Made by a program: the position numbers and the translations under genes | Notes under the pieces: generated by a model | The model's database searches: none | What the model saw: only the letters and a program-made list of their open reading frames with translations | What the model was told of the DNA's origin: nothing | Assembly (NCBI GenBank): GCA_904063045.1 | Contig: CAJFCJ010000112.1 | Span: forward strand, 17,203-70,998 | Direction: 5' to 3' | Length of the DNA stretch: 53,796 nucleotides | Source of the DNA: Dimorphilus gyrociliatus | Lineage: Eukaryota > Animalia > Annelida | Shown: one piece after another, positions 9,439 through 19,721 of the stretch | Layout: the number at the start of each line of letters is the position of its first letter | Numbering within the stretch: the stretch's first letter is position 1

Positions 9439-12400
9439 ATAATTTCACAATATTTGAACAATTTCTTAACAAATTTCTCAAATTTATTCTTTGTTCTTCA
9501 TTCAAATTACATGAATCCAAGTAAAGCTGTCTCAAAGTATTAGAAGATTTTTGAAGTGCATCACAAAAGTTGAAGCTTCCATTACCAATTCCAATATTGA
9601 CTCTCACTTCTAAATATTCTATATTAGAACAATTTCTTAAGAAATTTCCCAAATTTTTACTTTGTTCTTCATTCAATTGACATGAATACAAGTGCAGCTG
9701 TCTCAAAGTATTAGAAGATTTTTGAAGTGCATCACAAAAGTTGAAGCTTCCATTACCAATTGCAATATTGCAATTCACATTTAAAATTTCTATATTAGAA
9801 CAGTTTCTTAAGAAATTTCCCAAATTTTTACTTTGTTCTTCATTCAAATTACATAACATCAAGTGAAGCTGTCTCAAAGTATTAGAAGATTTTTGAAGTG
9901 CATCACAAAAGTTGAAGCTTCCATTACCAATTGCAAAATTGTAATTCACATTTAAAATTTCTATATTAGAACAGTTTCTTAAGAAATTTCCCAAATTTTT
10001 ACTTTGTTCTTCATTCAATTCACATGAATGCAAGTGAAGCTGTCTCAAAGTATTAGAAGATTTTTGAAGTGCATCACAAAAGTTGAAGCTTCCATTACCA
10101 ATTGCAATATTGTCTCCCACTTCTAAATATTCTATATTAGAACAATTTCTTAAGAAATTTCCCAAATTTTTACTTTGTTCTTGATTCAATTTACATGAAA
10201 ACAAGTTCAGCTGTCTCAAAGTATTAGAAGATTTTTGAAGTGCATCACAAAAGTTGAAGCTTCCATTACCAATTGCAATATTGTAATTCACATTTAAAAT
10301 TTCTATATTAGAACAGTTTCTTAAGAAATTTCCCAAATTTTTACTTTGGTCTTCATTCAATTTACATGAATCCAAGTGCAGATGTCTCAAAGTATTAGAA
10401 GATTTTTCAAGTGCATCACAAAAGTTGAAGTTTCCATTACCAATTGCAATATTGCTTTGCACTTCTAAATATTCTATATTAGAACAGTTTCTTAAGAAAT
10501 TTCCCAAATTTTTACTTTGTTCTTCATTCAATTGACATGAATACAAGTGCAGCTGTCTCAAAGTATTAGAAGATTTTTCAAGCCCATCCAAAATAGCAAA
10601 TAATCCATTACCAATTGCAATATTGTAACTCAAATTTAAAATTTCTATATTACAACAATTTCTTAAGAAATTTCCCAAATTTTTACTTTGTTCTTCATTC
10701 AAATTACATGAAGCCAAGTAAAGCTGTCTCAAAGTATTAGAAGATTTTTGCAGTGCATCACAAAAGTTGAAGCTTCCATTACCAATTGCAATATTGTAAT
10801 TCACATTTAAAATTTCTATATTAGAACAGTTTCTTAAGAAATTTCCCAAATTTTTACTTTGTTCTTCATTCAATTTACATGAATCCAAGTGAAGCTGTCT
10901 CAAAGTATTAGAAGATTTTTGAAGTGCATCACAAAAGTTGAAGCTTCCATTACCAATTGCAATATTGTAATTCACATTTAAAATTTCTATATTAGAAAAG
11001 TTTCTTAAGAAATTTCCCAAATTTTTACTTTGGTCTTCATTCAATTTACATGAATCCAAGTGCAGATGTCTCAAAGTATTAGAAGATTTTTCAAGTGCAT
11101 CACAAAAGTTGAAGTTTCCATTACCAATTGCAATATTGCTTTGCACTTCTAAATATTCTATATTAGAACAGTTTCTTAAGAAATTTCCCAAATTTTTACT
11201 TTGTTCTTGATTCAATTCACATGAAGCCAAGTGCAGCTGTCTCAAAGTATTAGAAAATTTTTGAAGTGCATCACAAAAGTTGAAGTTTCCATTACCAATT
11301 GCAATATTGCTTCCCACATCTAAATATTCTATATTAGAACAATTTCTTAAGCAATTTCCCAAATTTTTACTTTGTTCTTCATTCAAATTACATGAAGCCA
11401 AGTGCAGCTGTCTCAAAGTATTAGAAGATTTTTCAAGTGCATCACAAAAGTTGAAGCTTCCATTACCAATTGCAATATTGCTTCCCACATCTAAATATTC
11501 TATATTAGAACAGTTTCTTAAGAAATTTCCCAAATTTTTACTTTGTTCTTCATTCAATTGACATGAATACAAGTGCAGCTGTCTCAAAGTATTAGAAGAT
11601 TTTTCAAGTCCATCCAAAATAGCAAATAATCCATTACCAATTGCAATATTGTAACTCAAATTTAAAATTTCTATATTACAACAATTTCTTAAGAAATTTC
11701 CCAAATTTTTACTTTGTTCTTCATTCAAATTACATGAAGCCAAGTAAAGCTGTCTCAAAGTATTAGAAGATTTTTGAAGTGCATCACAAAAGTTGAAGCT
11801 TCCATTACCAATTGCAATATTGCTTCCCACTTCTAAATATTCTATATTAGAACAGTTTCTTAAGAAATTTCCCAAATTTTTACTTTGTTCTTCATTCAAT
11901 TCACATGAAAACAAGTGCAGCTCTCTCAAAGTATTAGAAGATTTTTGAAGTGCATCACAAAAGGTGAAGCTTCCATTACCAATTGCAATATTGTAATTCA
12001 CATTTAAAATTTCTATATTAGAACAGTTTCTTAAGCAATTTCCCAAATTTATACTTTGTTCTTCATTCAAATTACATGAAGCCAAGTGAAGCTCTCTCAA
12101 AGTATTAGAAGATTTTTGAAGTGATTGACAAACATTAAATATCCCATTTCCCACATTTATATTTCCTTGAAGATTTAATGTTTTAATTGATGAAGAATCC
12201 TTTATGAGATGTTCAATTTCCCAACAGTGTTGTTCATTTAAGTTAGAGTTAGGGAAACTTACTACTGTTATGTCTTGTCCTAATTCTATTGATTCAGCTA
12301 AGTCATTTATTTTCTTGTCAGTATTATTCTGTGTAGAGAGTTCTACAATTTCATTGCTTTCATTTTCAAAATACTTTTTTAGTTTTAAAAATTTTGTCAT

Positions 12401-13111
12401 TTGAAGCTCATCAAAATATTTTATATCATTTTCTTTTATTTTATCCAAACTGTGATGAAAAATGTAGTTTGTGTGTATATTATTAAAGATTTCTAAGGTT
12501 GTTTTTAAGGAAGTTTCGAAAAGACTTTCCAATTTGTCACTTTGATTTGTAAATGTTTTAAAAAAGCTATCTCTCAAATCATTTAATTGAATATATTTGT
12601 GTCTTATATATTCAAATTCCAATTTCAAGTTAATCATTGCTTTCCTTTCATAGTCATCAATTTTTGCTAAAATATTTTTTGTACTTTCTTGGTCTTTTAA
12701 GAAGACTGTATTCAGTTTTTCTTTTAATTTTGCCAATTTGATCATTGAAATTGTAGAGCATTTTTCATGATTTTCATCCAAACAGAAAATACATAAATTT
12801 TCAATATTATGTGTTTTACAATACATTAATCCCTCCTTACCATGATTGTTGCAAAGGTTTTTTTCTTGACATTCTATTGATTGTTCCACTCGATTTTTTT
12901 GTATTTGATCAAATTGGCCAAAAGGTATTTTGACTTGGTTTCTGCAAGTTGGACAGGTTATTTCATGATTGTGAACTGGTAATTGTTGTACACATTTGAA
13001 GCAAAAGGTATGTTGACAAGGAAATATCCTAGGATCATTCCCTATCCAGGATTCTAAACAAATTGCACATTCTAAAGTTTGCTGATTTATAACATATTGT
13101 AAGGTAGCCAT
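9425..13111 (-). CDS. TRIM-like E3 ligase (RING, B-box, coiled-coil) with ~16 C-terminal RI-type LRR units, intronless, ~1228 aa
   Basis: RING CAIC...PCQHTFCFKC...CPTC; B-box CNNH...YCKTH...CIFC...HEKC; helical linker; then 15 full 57-aa units plus one partial unit. The last 4 codons and the stop (WSRV*) come from the MULE TIR. Confidence 0.9.
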   Translation of the reverse strand: MATLQYVINQQTLECAICLESWIGNDPRIFPCQHTFCFKCVQQLPVHNHEITCPTCRNQVKIPFGQFDQIQKNRVEQSIECQEKNLCNNHGKEGLMYCKTHNIENLCIFCLDENHEKCSTISMIKLAKLKEKLNTVFLKDQESTKNILAKIDDYERKAMINLKLEFEYIRHKYIQLNDLRDSFFKTFTNQSDKLESLFETSLKTTLEIFNNIHTNYIFHHSLDKIKENDIKYFDELQMTKFLKLKKYFENESNEIVELSTQNNTDKKINDLAESIELGQDITVVSFPNSNLNEQHCWEIEHLIKDSSSIKTLNLQGNINVGNGIFNVCQSLQKSSNTLRELHLASCNLNEEQSINLGNCLRNCSNIEILNVNYNIAIGNGSFTFCDALQKSSNTLRELHLFSCELNEEQSKNLGNFLRNCSNIEYLEVGSNIAIGNGSFNFCDALQKSSNTLRQLYLASCNLNEEQSKNLGNFLRNCCNIEILNLSYNIAIGNGLFAILDGLEKSSNTLRQLHLYSCQLNEEQSKNLGNFLRNCSNIEYLDVGSNIAIGNGSFNFCDALEKSSNTLRQLHLASCNLNEEQSKNLGNCLRNCSNIEYLDVGSNIAIGNGNFNFCDALQKFSNTLRQLHLASCELNQEQSKNLGNFLRNCSNIEYLEVQSNIAIGNGNFNFCDALEKSSNTLRHLHLDSCKLNEDQSKNLGNFLRNFSNIEILNVNYNIAIGNGSFNFCDALQKSSNTLRQLHLDSCKLNEEQSKNLGNFLRNCSNIEILNVNYNIAIGNGSFNFCDALQKSSNTLRQLYLASCNLNEEQSKNLGNFLRNCCNIEILNLSYNIAIGNGLFAILDGLEKSSNTLRQLHLYSCQLNEEQSKNLGNFLRNCSNIEYLEVQSNIAIGNGNFNFCDALEKSSNTLRHLHLDSCKLNEDQSKNLGNFLRNCSNIEILNVNYNIAIGNGSFNFCDALQKSSNTLRQLNLFSCKLNQEQSKNLGNFLRNCSNIEYLEVGDNIAIGNGSFNFCDALQKSSNTLRQLHLHSCELNEEQSKNLGNFLRNCSNIEILNVNYNFAIGNGSFNFCDALQKSSNTLRQLHLMLCNLNEEQSKNLGNFLRNCSNIEILNVNCNIAIGNGSFNFCDALQKSSNTLRQLHLYSCQLNEEQSKNLGNFLRNCSNIEYLEVRVNIGIGNGSFNFCDALQKSSNTLRQLYLDSCNLNEEQRINLRNLLRNCSNIVKLWSRV
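9450..12120 (-). repeat. Coding tandem array of 171-bp (57-aa, 28+29) LRR units
   Basis: Unit SSNTLRQLHLxSCxLNEEQSKNLGNFLRNCSNIExLxVxxNIAIGNGSFNFCDALQK is repeated with very high nucleotide identity. Confidence 0.97.
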
Positions 13112-13243
13112 TTTTTTATTGATCATGGATTTTTGTATTTTTAGTTTCAGTTTAACATATATCAAAATATATTTTTTTTTAATTTCTTTTATTTTTTAAG
13201 AATGTAAAATTTTTAGTATACAATATATATAAAATTTTAAAAT

Positions 13244-13400
13244 ATTGTAATCACAAAGTATTTTAATTGGTTATTGCTAAAACCTGTGTTTAACTAGTAA
13301 AATTATAATATCAATAAAATTATGAAATAATTGTAATCACAAAGTATTTCAAATGGTTATTGCTAAAACCTGGTGTTGAACTAGTAAAATTAAAATAACC
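13244..13400. repeat. ~86-bp direct tandem duplication upstream of the TRIM-LRR gene
   Basis: ATTGTAATCACAAAGTATTT...GGTTATTGCTAAAACCTG...AACTAGTAAAATT occurs at 13244 and again at 13330. Confidence 0.8.
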
Positions 13401-13909
13401 AGGTTATAAAGGATCTGTGTAACTCTATGATATTTTTGTAATTCAAACATAATTGATTTTACTTGATTCTTTTTAAATCTACTACTAAATATTTAAGTTG
13501 AATTATTTCTTTTTAAACAAGATAGTTAAAAAAGAATTTATATCACAGACTATGGTTATGCATAGAATTTAAAAATTTTGAGTTTAGAGTAGAAATTAAT
13601 CAACAAAACACCAGCATTTCATGCAAAGAATATGTGTTGAATAAATTGAGCTTCTAGTTCTAAACAAGCTAGTTTAAACAACTAGCTGACTGTTAGAAAA
13701 CTGAACTATCAACTGTTCATTTCGTAGGGTTTATATACTCTTTTAAAAGGTTGATAGTTCACAAATTTCAATGTTCACAAAGCAAAAGTAACATTTTAAG
13801 ACAAAGAAAAGTTCTAAACATGCCCATCTTTTTATTGTTTTCATCTTCTAAATAATAGTTTAATTTCAAAGGTTGGAGAGTTGCATAAGATGGAATAATT
13901 TGAATAGCA

Positions 13910-14200
13910 CAAATCCAACAATCAAGAAAACTTGTTGATTGTATATTTGACCATTTGTATATTCTACTTTAATAATGATATTCAATTGATTGAGTTAGTA
14001 ATTTTAGCATCAGCATATATGGAGGAAGTATATCTGATTAATCCACGTTAAGTAGAACAGTATTGTGTATACAATGTGTATGCACTGCCCTACATGAAAC
14101 TAGGTCAATACTGCTTATCTCTATCAGTGCTATCTGCATAGCACAATACTGGTTCAATACTACTTATCTATTGTAGAGTATAGCTGACGAATGTGTGTGT
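13910..14200 (+). repeat. Dispersed repeat shared with 45250-45700 (upstream of the NLR)
   Basis: CCAACAATCAAGAAAAC...ATATTCTACTTTAATAATGATATTC...CAGTGCTATCTGCATAG.ACAATACTGGTTCAATACTACTT is present at both sites. Confidence 0.8.
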
Positions 14201-14599
14201 ACATTTATGATTATTAAAATGGTTAAAGCATAACTCTTATGATAATAATATTCTAAAAAGAAATTGATTAAAGATAACATATTCTTCCTAAAATAGAAAG
14301 TAAAAGTAGAGCTGTACTAAAAATTTCAAATATTAAAATAGCAAAAGTGGGTTTGGACATTTCATCTTGGACATTTTGCCCCTGAATGGAATATTATTTC
14401 TCCCTTTTCCCTGGACAAATTAATCCTTTATCAGGGGGTTGTTGAAAACGCCCACTGTGCCTAACTATTACATCAAAACTACAAAAGTTGTATAATGACT
14501 TTAAAAGTAATAATACTTTTAGTTGAAATAATAGAGACAGTGAAAAAATTATTTTTTACATGTGTATTAAATTGTAATAGAATTATTTAGAGTAGAAAC

Positions 14600-14986
14600 A
14601 TTGACAGCAGACACATTTCTACCTGATAAATTGCTGAACATTTTTCCAAAAGCTCACCAGCACAAATATCACTATTTTGAAATTCATCCCAAATTTCATA
14701 ATTATTCTACTGTATGTTGGTATAGTTTTTTTTTTGTATCCTACAAATCTTCTTTTCTGATAGTAGCTTTTGATAAACATCAATTAGATCACTTTCTCTC
14801 TTTAATTCATCTACAGTGCAATAAAATGAAGAATTTTCTTGTAAATTTCTATTAAATTTGTTGTGGAAACCTTCCAAGTCATTATTTGTTGGAATAGCTC
14901 TCTTAAACACTGACCAATTATTTGGTAACCAGAGAATATTGTATATCCATGTGTCCTCCATGTATTTAACAAGATCACGTAATTTG
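14600..14986 (-). mobile_element. Relic of a related MULE (last exon)
   Basis: WLPNNWSVFKRAIPTNNDLEGFHNKFN...DELKRESDLIDVYQKLLSEKKI parallels the catalytic-E exon of the intact transposase. Confidence 0.85.
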
Positions 14987-16813
14987 TCTTCTAATACTTT
15001 GAGACAGCTGCACTTGTATTCATGTCAATTGAATGAAGAACAAAGTAAAAATTTGGGAAATTTCTTAAGAAACTGTTCTAATATAGAATATTTAGATGTG
15101 GGAAGCAATATTGCAATTGGTAATGGAAGCTTCAACTTTTGTGATGCACTTGAAAAATCTTCTAATACTTTGAGACAGCTGCACTTGGCTTCATGTAATT
15201 TGAATGAAGAACAAAGTAAAAATTTGGGAAATTGCTTAAGAAATTGTTCTAATATAGAATATTTAGATGTGGGAAGCAATATTGCAATTGGTAATGGAAA
15301 CTTCAACTTTTGTGATGCACTTCAAAAATTTTCTAATACTTTGAGACAGCTGCACTTGGCTTCATGTGAATTGAATCAAGAACAAAGTAAAAATTTGGGA
15401 AATTTCTTAAGAAACTGTTCTAATATAGAATATTTAGAAGTGCAAAGCAATATTGCAATTGGTAATGGAAACTTCAACTTTTGTGATGCACTTGAAAAAT
15501 CTTCTAATACTTTGAGACATCTGCACTTGGATTCATGTAAATTGAATGAAGACCAAAGTAAAAATTTGGGAAATTTCTTAAGAAACTTTTCTAATATAGA
15601 AATTTTAAATGTGAATTACAATATTGCAATTGGTAATGGAAGCTTCAACTTTTGTGATGCACTTCAAAAATCTTCTAATACTTTGAGACAGCTTCACTTG
15701 GATTCATGTAAATTGAATGAAGAACAAAGTAAAAATTTGGGAAATTTCTTAAGAAACTGTTCTAATATAGAAATTTTAAATGTGAATTACAATATTGCAA
15801 TTGGTAATGGAAGCTTCAACTTTTGTGATGCACTTCAAAAATCTTCTAATACTTTGAGACAGCTTTACTTGGCTTCATGTAATTTGAATGAAGAACAAAG
15901 TAAAAATTTGGGAAATTTCTTAAGAAATTGTTGTAATATAGAAATTTTAAATTTGAGTTACAATATTGCAATTGGTAATGGATTATTTGCTATTTTGGAT
16001 GGGCTTGAAAAATCTTCTAATACTTTGAGACAGCTGCACTTGTATTCATGTCAATTGAATGAAGAACAAAGTAAAAATTTGGGAAATTTCTTAAGAAACT
16101 GTTCTAATATAGAATATTTAGATGTGGGAAGCAATATTGCAATTGGTAATGGAAGCTTCAACTTTTGTGATGCACTTGAAAAATCTTCTAATACTTTGAG
16201 ACAGCTGCACTTGGCTTCATGTAATTTGAATGAAGAACAAAGTAAAAATTTGGGAAATTGCTTAAGAAATTGTTCTAATATAGAATATTTAGATGTGGGA
16301 AGCAATATTGCAATTGGTAATGGAAACTTCAACTTTTGTGATGCACTTCAAAAATTTTCTAATACTTTGAGACAGCTGCACTTGGCTTCATGTGAATTGA
16401 ATCAAGAACAAAGTAAAAATTTGGGAAATTTCTTAAGAAACTGTTCTAATATAGAATATTTAGAAGTGCAAAGCAATATTGCAATTGGTAATGGAAACTT
16501 CAACTTTTGTGATGCACTTGAAAAATCTTCTAATACTTTGAGACATCTGCACTTGGATTCATGTAAATTGAATGAAGACCAAAGTAAAAATTTGGGAAAT
16601 TTCTTAAGAAACTTTTCTAATATAGAAATTTTAAATGTGAATTACAATATTGCAATTGGTAATGGAAGCTTCAACTTTTGTGATGCACTTCAAAAATCTT
16701 CTAATACTTTGAGACAGCTTCACTTGCATTCATGTGAATTGAATGAAGAACAAAGTAAAAATTTGGGAAATTTCTTAAGAAACTGTTCTAATATAGAAAT
16801 TTTAAATGTGAAT
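14987..16813 (+). repeat. Orphan LRR array (10.7 units), inverted copy of the TRIM-LRR repeats, no RING/B-box upstream
   Basis: Same 171-bp units. Contains a 6-unit (1026-bp) higher-order duplication (identical antisense ORFs at 15025 and 16051). Starts abruptly after a MULE relic and runs into the N gap. Confidence 0.92.
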
Positions 16814-17532
16814 NNNNNNNNNNNNNNNNNNNNNNNNNNNNNNNNNNNNNNNNNNNNNNNNNNNNNNNNNNNNNNNNNNNNNNNNNNNNNNNNNNNNNNN
16901 NNNNNNNNNNNNNNNNNNNNNNNNNNNNNNNNNNNNNNNNNNNNNNNNNNNNNNNNNNNNNNNNNNNNNNNNNNNNNNNNNNNNNNNNNNNNNNNNNNNN
17001 NNNNNNNNNNNNNNNNNNNNNNNNNNNNNNNNNNNNNNNNNNNNNNNNNNNNNNNNNNNNNNNNNNNNNNNNNNNNNNNNNNNNNNNNNNNNNNNNNNNN
17101 NNNNNNNNNNNNNNNNNNNNNNNNNNNNNNNNNNNNNNNNNNNNNNNNNNNNNNNNNNNNNNNNNNNNNNNNNNNNNNNNNNNNNNNNNNNNNNNNNNNN
17201 NNNNNNNNNNNNNNNNNNNNNNNNNNNNNNNNNNNNNNNNNNNNNNNNNNNNNNNNNNNNNNNNNNNNNNNNNNNNNNNNNNNNNNNNNNNNNNNNNNNN
17301 NNNNNNNNNNNNNNNNNNNNNNNNNNNNNNNNNNNNNNNNNNNNNNNNNNNNNNNNNNNNNNNNNNNNNNNNNNNNNNNNNNNNNNNNNNNNNNNNNNNN
17401 NNNNNNNNNNNNNNNNNNNNNNNNNNNNNNNNNNNNNNNNNNNNNNNNNNNNNNNNNNNNNNNNNNNNNNNNNNNNNNNNNNNNNNNNNNNNNNNNNNNN
17501 NNNNNNNNNNNNNNNNNNNNNNNNNNNNNNNN
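16814..17532. other. Assembly gap (719 N)
   Basis: Run of N. Confidence 1.
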
Positions 17533-19721
17533 TAAATAAATTTCAGCCATTTTGAATATTTGGAAAGGAATTTATTGATAACTGGAAATGATTTTTAGAT
17601 AACCATCTACATTTGATTGAAGATTAAAAAATGGCTTTCAAATGTCACAATTGTCATTCAACAATTTATGGAAGGCAAAATATTTGAAATGCAGCCTTTG
17701 TAAGAATCTTTTCATAGGAAATGCACAGGTATGTAACTCTTTACATCAGCTTTCATGTAATTATATTTTTTAAATATTCTTATAGAACACATAAATACCA
17801 ATTTGCAAACCTTGTAACAAAGAAAATGTACTGTCATGCTCAAGAAGTTAACTAATCTGGAAATTCATCAATTCAAAGTAAATTCTGAAGAAAGCTTTAT
17901 TGATGAAGAAATAAGATTGCTGGCAGTTGAGGAATCAATATTGGAGGATGAAAATCATGTTCTTTCGAGAATGCCATCAATGGACTAGATCTTTGGAGGA
18001 AGTTGAAGAGAATGCTGAAGAATATTGTGAATCATCCACAAAAAGTGATTTTTGAGATTGTAAAAGGAGGAAGTAGAAAGGGACATGACATTTTACTGAA
18101 TGATGGATATTCTTTTGTTGTTAAACATAAACACCATCAAGTACTATTTGGGTGTGCAGTGTGAGAAGTAAGAAGAAAAGATGTGTGGCAGAATAAGACA
18201 AAATGGAATTTATTTCTAAAGGCAATTTGGAACATAATCACACAGAAAAAGAATTTAGAAGTGGATATTAAAGTGAAAACAGATTTGAAAATTGTTTGCA
18301 GAAGTGATAATCAAACATCTGGAAGAAGCATTGCTGAAAAAGTTCTTCTATCCTATGAACCCAATGCAACTTGTCTTCCTGATATCAACTATTTGAAGAG
18401 AATGGCAAACTCAAATAGACAAAGTTTAGGCCAGTGGAACTAAAGTGTACAACTTTAATTTAGATGAAACATTTTTGCCTGATGAATTTTTGCAGAAAGA
18501 TATTTGTGAAAATGGAGAAGAATTTTAATCTTTGCAACAAACCATCAGCTGAATTTATTATCAAAATCCAACTGTTGGTACATTGATGGTACTTTCAAGA
18601 TTGTAAAGAACCATTTTATCAACTTGTCACTATTCACTCATTTGTTAAGAAGAGTGGTGATATGAAGCAAGTTCTCTTGTTTTTATTTTTCTGACTTCAA
18701 AGCTACCAAAGCATACTTACAAGCATTTCAAGTAAATATTTCATATTATCTCTTCAAAAGTGATGATAATAAAGTTGCTTTTTTGTAGCATATCAACAAT
18801 CTTATCAATGATTTTCATCCAAAAAGAATTACAATGGATTTTGAAAAAGGACTATGGAAAGCATTATCAAAAGTATATCCCTCACTGAATTTCAAGGTTG
18901 TGTATTTCATTTCACACAAGCAGTATACAGGAAAATACAAGTCAGTTACATTCAAATATATATAACATTATCTATTAAATAACTTATATTATTGAATAGG
19001 CTCTTGGCTATGTAAAGAAATACAAAGAAAAAGGAAATGATTGGAAAGATTTCAGAAAATTGATGGCTCTGCCATTCTTGCCAGCACATATTATTCAACC
19101 AACATTTGACAGCATAAATGCAGAACTTTGTGAAAAAATAGATTTTTGGACCTGCTGCAATACTTCCAAACAAACTGGATCAAAAATAAATTATGGAAAC
19201 CAAATAACTGGTCAGTTTTTGGTTTGTCTATTAGGACCAATAATGATTGTGAAGGATGGCATCAAAGAATGAATAGTAAGCTGCCTGCTAAAGGTTCTTT
19301 TTACATGCTGGTTGATGAGCTAAAAAAGAGTCTGAGTTGATTGCAGTTTATGAGAAATTACTGTCAGAAAAAAGGATTTACAAACATCAAAAGAAAAAGT
19401 ATATTGACATCCAAAAGAAAATTTTTGATTTATGGGATGATTTCAAGTTGAACAAATTGACATCAATTGATCTATTAATGCAGACATCCCATATCTACTC
19501 TCCAGCATAAATATCATTTGTCAAGCTTTATTGTTTTTTAGTATAATATTTAGTCTTTTAAATACATACTTTTAGATTTATAGCTAAATCTTTTATTCAA
19601 AAATTCAAAAATAAAATAAATATAAAAATAGGGTGCGAACGTACCCAGGTACGTTCGCACCCGCCCAGGGTACGTTCGCACCCGGGTACGTTCACACCCA
19701 GGTACGTTCGCACCCCAACTC
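17533..19721 (+). mobile_element. Near-identical copy of the 6731-9438 MULE (5' end lost in the gap, many 1-nt indels)
   Basis: Reverse complement of ~8941-6731; ends with the TIR CCCCAACTC directly against NLR LRR sequence. Confidence 0.93.

Noticed and set aside
9450-12120. 171-bp tandem unit with higher-order structure resembling primate alpha satellite
   Set aside because: The length is simply 57 codons of an RI-type LRR pair in an open reading frame; there is no sequence resemblance to alpha satellite.
11280-16332. Repeated 93-aa ORFs (MKFPLPIAILL...) and other short antisense ORFs on LRR, NACHT, GT4 and C1q genes
   Set aside because: Shadow frames of the real coding strand, repeated only because the LRR units repeat.
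14858-17550. 893-aa and 276-aa ORFs crossing the gap
   Set aside because: Length is inflated by Ns, and the N-terminus of the 893-aa ORF is the antisense of a MULE relic, so it is not a credible gene start.
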